Assembly (NCBI GenBank): GCA_964372345.1
Contig: CAYJQR010000003.1
Coordinates: 1-56,231 of the forward strand
Direction: 5' to 3'
Origin: an uncultured Planctomycetia bacterium
GTDB lineage: Bacteria > Omnitrophota > Gorgyraeia > JACOVV01
Length of the DNA stretch: 56,231 nucleotides
The notes under the pieces were generated by a model. The model worked only from the letters and a program-made list of their open reading frames with translations. It had not been told where the DNA came from and did no database searches. Positions 50,011-56,231 of this stretch are shown here, one piece after another. How positions within the stretch are numbered: position 1 is the first letter of the stretch; each line of letters opens with the position of its first letter. The position numbers and the translations under genes were made by a program.

Positions 50011-51048
50011 CTAAAAAATATCCTCCCATGTAATAGGATCTCCCTTCCGGATGCCTCTCTTTAGCCGTTTCCCAATCACGTCATGCCAGCGCCAAGAATC
50101 AACTCCTTTACCGTCTTCTCTTCGCATGCACACTATATTCTCTTGTGTCAGCAAACCAGCTTCGCTCACATCACACGCGGCAACAATGCGCCTACGCATA
50201 GCGTGCAGTCTCTCCTTTTCCTTCTGTATCGGTCCCTTTTTATGAGAACCCAGTTCCTTTTCAACCTCTCGTATCAGCTTCACCATATGCCCCATCACCT
50301 CCGGACTTGCAGAAATGGCATGATCCGGACCTTGCATCTTAACATCCAAAGTAAAATGTTTTTCTATCATCTTCACTCCAAGAACCACTGCCGCAGGTGA
50401 AGCGGATATCCCCATCGTGTGATCAGAAAAACCTGTCGGATAACCGGGGAATGCCTTCTGTATCGATAAAAGCATCCGGAGGTTAACGTCTTCTGGTTTT
50501 GTCGGATATTGCAGCACACAGTGTAGGAGTCCGACTTCGCTGGCTCCGTTGCTTTCCAACACTTCAACCGCTTTATGAATTTCGCCGATCGTGGAGCCGC
50601 CTGTCGATAACAAAACAGGCCTTTTGATTCCTGCCACCGCCTCTAAAAGAGGGACATTTGAGATATTACTTGAACCGATCTTAATGATAGGAAACCCTAT
50701 CCGCTTTATAATAGGGACGCTCGTAACTTCAACGGCTGTCGTAAACATGACGATGCCGACTTCTTCCGAGAATTTTTTTAGTTCCCGAAATTCCCTCTCG
50801 TCTAATTCGTAATCCTTATATTCGCCATAATCCGGCGAATTCTTGTAAACGAAATTCTCTGTGACATAGGTCTGAAACTTTATTGCGTCGCACCCGATCT
50901 CCTTTGCTTTTACAATCATCTTTTTAGCGACCTCTACGGAGCCGTTGTGGTTGACTTCCGCTTCGGCAATGATAAACACGCGGGGAGTTTTGCCGGGGGT
51001 TAATTCCTCAAGAAATGATTTTTTTGTTTCTTCTCTTATTACTGACAT
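50011..51048 (-). CDS. NeuB-family PEP-condensing ulosonic acid synthase, second paralog, with SAF domain
   Basis: 345 aa with FIIAEAEVNHNGS, AIKFQTY and GFSDHT motifs and a C-terminal SAF-like segment. Confidence 0.8.
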   Translation of the reverse strand: MSVIREETKKSFLEELTPGKTPRVFIIAEAEVNHNGSVEVAKKMIVKAKEIGCDAIKFQTYVTENFVYKNSPDYGEYKDYELDEREFRELKKFSEEVGIVMFTTAVEVTSVPIIKRIGFPIIKIGSSNISNVPLLEAVAGIKRPVLLSTGGSTIGEIHKAVEVLESNGASEVGLLHCVLQYPTKPEDVNLRMLLSIQKAFPGYPTGFSDHTMGISASPAAVVLGVKMIEKHFTLDVKMQGPDHAISASPEVMGHMVKLIREVEKELGSHKKGPIQKEKERLHAMRRRIVAACDVSEAGLLTQENIVCMRREDGKGVDSWRWHDVIGKRLKRGIRKGDPITWEDIF

Positions 51049-51061
51049 CTTCTGGCGCTCA

Positions 51062-51955
51062 TCAATCGTCCGCCTCAGCGGTAGCCGTTTGGCGCTCTAA
51101 AATGTATTCCTCAACCCAGCGGTCGCCGCACTGGGATTGATGGTAAATCGCTATTATCAGCAATGGGATTGTCGTTACAGCGTAGAAAATAGGAACCCAC
51201 TCCAGCTTATTCAGCAAAGCGGCTCCGTAAATAATTCGCAAACAGCATTCACCTTTCCAAACCCATCGAATTCGATTGAAAAGAGTCCGGAAAAATTTGG
51301 ATTGGGTCAGGCGCGGCCGTTTCCCGGGCTGTGATTTAAAAGACTCCTCCCGCAGTATCTGCACCATTCTCTTATAACGGAATTGTCTTTGGAAGAGAAA
51401 ATAGCTGATGATCTTGGCCCGACGAAGATTGTTGTAAAGGAAGAACCCATGAGCGGCAATAAAACCGGCGATTAAGATGACGCCCGGCGGGAAATGTTCC
51501 ATCCCTCTAACGGCTAGAGAAAACAGGGAGCAGGGATAAATAATATCGTGTCCCACCCGGTCCAAAAAGACCCCCGATGACGAGACCTGATGCCGCGCGC
51601 GGGCTATCACCCCGTCCACCTCGTCCAACAAAAGATGAGAATAAAGAAAGAGGCACCCAAGAAAGGTGGTCAGACCTGCGGGGATAGACAAAAGCCAGCA
51701 TCCTGAAATACCCACCACGATCCATAGGACCGTTATCTGATTGCCGGAAACAACAGTCTTGTTTACCAGAAAAGTCGCCAGATGCGTCGCCAACCGGCCA
51801 TAAAAACTTCTCTGAAACCATGTATCATTCATGTCGTTTTCACGGGGAGCGACATACTTTTGTCTCAGCTCCCCAAGGGACATTTGAGGTTGTTCCATAA
51901 TTTCGATCTTAAACTTTGGTGTTGTATAAGTCAAGGACATAGGGGGCGTTGTCAT
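51062..51955 (-). CDS. CDP-alcohol phosphatidyltransferase family membrane protein
   Basis: 297 aa and polytopic. DEVDGVIARARHQVSSSGVFLDRVGHD is a close match to the DxxDGxxAR...G...D...D signature. Confidence 0.75.
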   Translation of the reverse strand: MTTPPMSLTYTTPKFKIEIMEQPQMSLGELRQKYVAPRENDMNDTWFQRSFYGRLATHLATFLVNKTVVSGNQITVLWIVVGISGCWLLSIPAGLTTFLGCLFLYSHLLLDEVDGVIARARHQVSSSGVFLDRVGHDIIYPCSLFSLAVRGMEHFPPGVILIAGFIAAHGFFLYNNLRRAKIISYFLFQRQFRYKRMVQILREESFKSQPGKRPRLTQSKFFRTLFNRIRWVWKGECCLRIIYGAALLNKLEWVPIFYAVTTIPLLIIAIYHQSQCGDRWVEEYILERQTATAEADD

Positions 51956-52003
51956 TATAAAAGTTGCTTCTCCACCTTCATTGCCGCTATACTGTGTTTT
52001 TAG

Positions 52004-53023
52004 ATGCCTTCATCTTCTTCTTTTTCTAAATATCGCAAAGAACTCCTTAACTTCCTCCAGCAGGAATCCCCTCAGGGAATTGACGATCAAATCCTGCAGG
52101 AAATGCTCTCAACCGTTGCCCGGCTTAGGGATACGGAGGTGGAGCTGATTGATCTAAAGATCCTCGGGACTGTTCTTAAAGAGCTCCGCTACGCCTTTTC
52201 GGTCTTCCAAAAATACCGCGGAATTCCCAAAGTGGCGGTTTTCGGGTCGGCCCGCGTTCCAAAGACCCACATTGACTATCAGCTCGCCCAGGAATTCGGC
52301 AGGCAGATCATTAGAAAAGGGTGGATGGTGATCACCGGCGGTGCTAACGGAATTATGGAGGCGGCCATGCGCGGGGCCGGGGCTGATAAGAGTTTCGGCC
52401 TGAATATTCTTCTCCCCTTTGAACAGGAAGCCAACCCGATCATTCGAGGGAACAAGAAGCTGATGAATTTCAAGTATTTCTTTACTCGGAAATTAATGTT
52501 CCTGAAGGAATCGGACGCGACAGTCCTTTTTCCCGGCGGGTTTGGGACTCTGGATGAAGGATTTGAATCGCTGACGCTGGTGCAGACCGGGAAAGCCAAG
52601 CCGCGGCCTCTACTGCTTTTGGACCACCCCGGTTCTACTTACTGGAACTCCATGCTTCAATTTTTTAAAACCCATCTGGCCGATTCGGGGATGATTAACT
52701 CAGATGACCTTAAACTGGTAACCCACTTCCAGAATCCGATCGCCGCGGCAGAAGCGATTGCTCATTTTTACTCCAACTATCACTCCTCTCGTTTCTTCGG
52801 CGATCGTTACTTAATCCGTCTGCGCCGTCCAATCACGGACCAGCAAATCACACAGCTCTCTTATGAATTCAAAGATATCCTCGCCAACGAGAAATTTGAG
52901 CGATTTACAGATCTTGCGAAGGATGACGAACAGGATGCGAAATTAACCCGCGTTATCTTCTCCTTCGATAAGTATCACTACGACCGGCTGCACCAGCTGG
53001 TGGAAGCGCTCAATCGGCTTTAA
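52004..53023 (+). CDS. LOG-family (TIGR00730-like) nucleotide phosphoribohydrolase with N- and C-terminal extensions
   Basis: 339 aa with VAVFGSARV, ITGGANGIMEAAMRGA and PGGFGTLDEGFE motifs. Confidence 0.75.
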   Translation: MPSSSSFSKYRKELLNFLQQESPQGIDDQILQEMLSTVARLRDTEVELIDLKILGTVLKELRYAFSVFQKYRGIPKVAVFGSARVPKTHIDYQLAQEFGRQIIRKGWMVITGGANGIMEAAMRGAGADKSFGLNILLPFEQEANPIIRGNKKLMNFKYFFTRKLMFLKESDATVLFPGGFGTLDEGFESLTLVQTGKAKPRPLLLLDHPGSTYWNSMLQFFKTHLADSGMINSDDLKLVTHFQNPIAAAEAIAHFYSNYHSSRFFGDRYLIRLRRPITDQQITQLSYEFKDILANEKFERFTDLAKDDEQDAKLTRVIFSFDKYHYDRLHQLVEALNRL

Positions 53024-53148
53024 AACAAGTTCAGCCGCTTCCCCACAACAACAATGATAATGACCAGCGCGATACCTCCCATGATTTTTTCACAAAGGCA
53101 AGCCCCTTTGATACTTTTGCACTGTTGGCGCGGGCAGAAAAACGACAT
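53020..53148 (-). CDS. 42-aa Cys-rich tail-anchored membrane peptide
   Basis: MSFFCPRQQCKSIKGACLCEKIMGGIALVIIIVVVGKRLNLF. A strong SD (AAGGAGGAGG) lies 3 nt upstream of the ATG at 53148. Four Cys residues followed by one TM helix. The track ORF extends to 53208. Confidence 0.5.
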   Translation of the reverse strand: MSFFCPRQQCKSIKGACLCEKIMGGIALVIIIVVVGKRLNLF

Positions 53149-53206
53149 GGCCTCCTCCTTTGGGTTGGTTGACTCAATGAGGGATATTATACCATAATAG
53201 GGCGCC

Positions 53207-54214
53207 ATGGATTGGGCGAAGCTGACGGATGAGGAACTGCTGGAAAAACGGATCTGTGACCTCGCGTTGACAATTGAGGGGACAGAACTAGAGCCCAGAG
53301 TCGCCGAGCTTTATAAAGAGCTGGGAGAAAAAGGAATTTTCTTTCATCCCACTTGTTACTTGGGAGATGAATGGTTCACGCCGGAAGACGTTCCCGCGAT
53401 CGCGATCCCCTTTTATCTTGCGCATCCCCGTTTGAAAAAGTTAGAATACAAAATGATGCTGGAAGTCGAGGGGGAGACCGAAGAATGGTGCATGCGTTTG
53501 CTGCGGCATGAAGCAGGACATGCCCTCAACCACGCCTATCATTTCTACAAACAGCCGCAATGGCAGAAACTTTTCGGCTCGCCATCCAAAGAACTGACCT
53601 ACGTCTACAAACCCCGTCCCTACAGCCGGAATTACGTGATTCATCTGGACAACTGGTACGCGCAAAGCCACCCGGAGGAAGATTTCGCGGAAACCTTCGC
53701 CGTCTGGCTGACGCCGGGACTCGATTGGCGCGATAAATACAAAGGATGGAAAGCTCTTGAAAAACTGAATTATGTGGACCAGATGATAAACGAGGTCCGC
53801 GGGAATCCTCCTCTGGTGAAATCGGGCGCTCAAATATGCGACGCGGCGCGGCTGAAATCCAAATTGAAAACGTTTTATCAGCGGAGGCGAAAAGTCCTGG
53901 CGCAGGATTACCCATGGTTCTATGATACCGACTTAAAACGGCTCTTCTCCGATGACCCCTCGTTCGATCCTAAAGAGAAAGCTTCCCGTTTTATGCAACG
54001 CCATCACAAAACACTGCTGGAGACCGTCTCGCGATGGACGGGAGAGAAAAAAATCAACGTCAACCGCCTTCTGAAAGATTTATCCCAACGCTGTGACGAG
54101 CTCTCTTTGCGGGTTCATCAGGATGAATCGGCGGCCCGTTTTGAATTACTGGCTTACTTAACGACTCTTGTGACTCATTACCGGGTTACCGGAAAATTCA
54201 AACATCAGGTATGA
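53207..54214 (+). CDS. putative zinc metallopeptidase (HExxH)
   Basis: 335 aa with a LLRHEAGHALNH zinc motif. 4-nt overlap with the downstream ATP-grasp gene. Confidence 0.6.
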   Translation: MDWAKLTDEELLEKRICDLALTIEGTELEPRVAELYKELGEKGIFFHPTCYLGDEWFTPEDVPAIAIPFYLAHPRLKKLEYKMMLEVEGETEEWCMRLLRHEAGHALNHAYHFYKQPQWQKLFGSPSKELTYVYKPRPYSRNYVIHLDNWYAQSHPEEDFAETFAVWLTPGLDWRDKYKGWKALEKLNYVDQMINEVRGNPPLVKSGAQICDAARLKSKLKTFYQRRRKVLAQDYPWFYDTDLKRLFSDDPSFDPKEKASRFMQRHHKTLLETVSRWTGEKKINVNRLLKDLSQRCDELSLRVHQDESAARFELLAYLTTLVTHYRVTGKFKHQV

Positions 54215-55224
54215 AAAAAGTAAAAGTCCTTGTTTTATGCGATTACCCGGGTCCGCCGCCGGCCGGCCATGATTTCACCGAAGAACTTAAGAAGGAAGAC
54301 TGGAAGACGGAAGCCGACATAGTCAATGCTTTGAAGGAGCTGGAGCATGAAGTCCGCATGCTCGGAGTTTATGATGATATCAATGCCATCATTGGCGAAG
54401 TAAAAACGAATCCTCCGGATGTTGCTTTCAACCTCGTCGAGCAATTCAAAAATTTCCCTCACTATGAACGCAATATCGCGGCCCTGCTGGAGCTCCTCGG
54501 TATCCCCTACACCGGCTGTGACGTTCCGGGCTTAATGATCTGCAAGAATAAGGGATTGACCAAGAAAATCCTCACCTATCACCGGGTCAAAGTTCCTGAC
54601 TTCTCTATTTTTCCCTGCGGCAAACCGATCCACCGTCCCAAACGGTTGAACTTTCCAATTTTCATCAAACCGCTGCGCGATCAGGGATCGTATGGGATCT
54701 CCCAGGCCTCTTTCGTCGAAAACGACGCTGATTTCATCGAACGGATCCACTTTATTCACGATCGCTTTCATCAAGACGCCATCGCGGAGGAATACATTGA
54801 AGGACGAGAGCTGTATGTCAGCATTCTCGGCAACGAACGCCTTGAAGTTTTTCCCGTCCGAGAGATGATTTTTAGCGAAATCCCGGATGAGGAACCGAAA
54901 TTCGCCACTTTCAAAGCCAAATGGGATCAGGAATACCGCAAACGATGGGGGATTAAGAATACCTTCGCCAACAAACTCCCCGACGGCATCGCTGAAGACA
55001 TTCCGGTTTTAGCGAAAAAAGTTTACCACGTTCTTCAAATTCGTGGATATGCCCGTTTGGATTTAAGACTGACTCCGCAGGGATCCGTTGTCGTCATCGA
55101 GGCCAATCCTAATCCCATGCTGGCCAAAGAGGAAGATTTTTCTCTCTCTGCGCAAAAAGGAGGGTTGGAATATTCTCAATTGATCCAGCGAATCTTGAAT
55201 CTGGCGTTACGGTCGCAGGAATAA
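54211..55224 (+). CDS. D-alanine--D-alanine ligase-like ATP-grasp enzyme
   Basis: 337 aa with FNLVE, LELLGIPYTGC, FPIFIKPL, EEYIEGRELYVSILG and ARLDLRL...VVIEANPNP segments. Confidence 0.75.
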   Translation: MKKVKVLVLCDYPGPPPAGHDFTEELKKEDWKTEADIVNALKELEHEVRMLGVYDDINAIIGEVKTNPPDVAFNLVEQFKNFPHYERNIAALLELLGIPYTGCDVPGLMICKNKGLTKKILTYHRVKVPDFSIFPCGKPIHRPKRLNFPIFIKPLRDQGSYGISQASFVENDADFIERIHFIHDRFHQDAIAEEYIEGRELYVSILGNERLEVFPVREMIFSEIPDEEPKFATFKAKWDQEYRKRWGIKNTFANKLPDGIAEDIPVLAKKVYHVLQIRGYARLDLRLTPQGSVVVIEANPNPMLAKEEDFSLSAQKGGLEYSQLIQRILNLALRSQE

Positions 55225-55229
55225 TTATG

Positions 55230-55312
55230 TGTCATCCTGAGCGAACGAACGAAGTGAGTGAGTCGAAGGATCTCGTTTTTAGATAGATTCTTCGACTTCG
55301 CTCAGAATGACA
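55230..55312. repeat. REP-like imperfect palindrome, possible terminator or insulator
   Basis: tgtcatcctgagcgaa...gtcgaaggatc pairs with gattcttcgac ttcgctcagaatgaca. The left arm carries a 16-nt bulge (cgaacgaagtgagtga). It sits between the ATP-grasp stop and the hpnC start. Confidence 0.7.
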
Positions 55313-55322
55313 ATTGAATAAT

Positions 55323-56189
55323 ATGAACCTCTCAGACGCCTATCGTCATTGCCAACAACTTACCGCGACCCATTACGAAAATTTCCCCGTCGGCTCATTG
55401 CTGATCCGCAAAGACCTTCGCCCCCATGTCCACGCGATCTACGCTTTCGCCCGGACGGCGGACGATTTTGCGGATGAACTCGCTCTCCAAAATCCAGACC
55501 AGGCGCTGGCAAACCTTCAAGAATGGGACCAACTGCTGGATCAATCCGTTGCCGGCCATGCCGACCATCCTATCTTTATCGCCTTAGCGGGAACGATCCG
55601 CCAGTTTGATCTCCCACCTCAGCTCTTTCATGATTTGGTGCGTGCTTTCCGTCAGGATGTCACTGTCAGGCGGTATCAGACGATGGAAAACGTCATCCAA
55701 GATTACTGTCGTTATTCTGCCAATCCAGTCGGGCGATTGGTCCTCCTTCTCCACGGCTATCGTGACGAAGAATTCATGCGGCTCTCCGATGCTATCTGCA
55801 CTGCCCTGCAACTGACCAACTTCTGGCAGGACATCGCCGACGATCTCAAAAAGGACCGCATCTATCTCCCCCAAATGGACATGCAGGAATTCGGTGTGAC
55901 TGAACTGCAACTGGCTCGCCATGAACTGACCTCCCAATTTCAAGCCCTTTTACGCCACGAAATGACGGATACCCGCCAACTCTTCACGCAAGGTGCGTCA
56001 CTAGTGTTACACCTCAAAGGGCGCCTGCGCTGGGAGATTCGCGCGACACTGCTAGGAGGGATCGGTATTTTGGATCGGATTGAGCGAGTCGGCTATGACG
56101 TTTTCCGCAGACGTCCGCAGTGGAGCCGATGGGAAATGGGACTACTTTTTCTTAAGGCGATTTTCCAAAAGGGTGAGGTAGTTTTCTAG
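55323..56189 (+). CDS. hpnC: squalene/phytoene synthase family, HpnC-type hydroxysqualene (squalene) synthase
   Basis: YENFPVGSLL, YAFARTADDFADE and FWQDIADD motifs. Start taken at the ATG at 55323 rather than the TTG at 55314. Confidence 0.75.
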   Translation: MNLSDAYRHCQQLTATHYENFPVGSLLIRKDLRPHVHAIYAFARTADDFADELALQNPDQALANLQEWDQLLDQSVAGHADHPIFIALAGTIRQFDLPPQLFHDLVRAFRQDVTVRRYQTMENVIQDYCRYSANPVGRLVLLLHGYRDEEFMRLSDAICTALQLTNFWQDIADDLKKDRIYLPQMDMQEFGVTELQLARHELTSQFQALLRHEMTDTRQLFTQGASLVLHLKGRLRWEIRATLLGGIGILDRIERVGYDVFRRRPQWSRWEMGLLFLKAIFQKGEVVF

Positions 56190-56231
56190 GGTAGAGTTTC
56201 ATATATTTCGAATAATTTTATTACTACAGTC

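Overview
This 56.2 kb window looks like it comes from an uncultivated diderm bacterium, since lpxA and the hopanoid gene hpnC are both present; taxonomy cannot be fixed from sequence alone. By eye GC is roughly 45-50%, with an AT-richer core. The left end (1-9.1 kb) carries housekeeping genes: archease, a short FtsH-family protease overlapped by a lipoprotein gene, purN, trxA, tRNA-Thr(CGU), an ABC-2 exporter pair and a pterin carbinolamine dehydratase. These are interrupted by a small scar zone at 5.4-7.1 kb. That zone holds a 21-nt duplication of the tRNA-Thr 3-prime end, a MntA antitoxin gene beside a C-terminally truncated HepT toxin gene, and a 670-bp internally deleted IS630-family element with 12-bp terminal inverted repeats and TA/TA flanks. 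From 9.2 to about 52 kb the window is one very large, tightly packed envelope glycan/lipid locus. It includes two polyprenyl-phosphate GT2 plus GT-C (ArnT/PMT-like) pairs, two DegT-type aminotransferases (one fused to a CBS pair), two AsnB-like amidotransferases and GDP-fucose synthase. It also carries several GT2/GT4 enzymes, a Wzx flippase, an SGNH hydrolase, and a nonulosonic-acid core (NeuB, NeuA, aminotransferase, methyltransferase, putative CstII-like transferase). The most unusual content has two parts. First, three class-B (B12-binding) radical SAM enzymes are embedded in the locus: one is coupled to an N-terminally extended nitroreductase and a 461-aa protein of unknown family, and two sit in tandem behind an FkbM methyltransferase and an out-of-context lpxA. 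Second, a co-directional string encodes a CDP-alcohol phosphatidyltransferase, a second NeuB paralog, an ATP-grasp ligase, an MLE-type enolase-superfamily enzyme and a tandem flavodoxin-like Fe-S flavoprotein; I cannot map this gene set to any characterised pathway. The right end carries a LOG-family protein, a 42-aa Cys-rich tail-anchored peptide, a Zn-metallopeptidase overlapping a Ddl-like ATP-grasp ligase, a REP-like palindrome and hpnC. I found no CRISPR array, rRNA or intact transposase.
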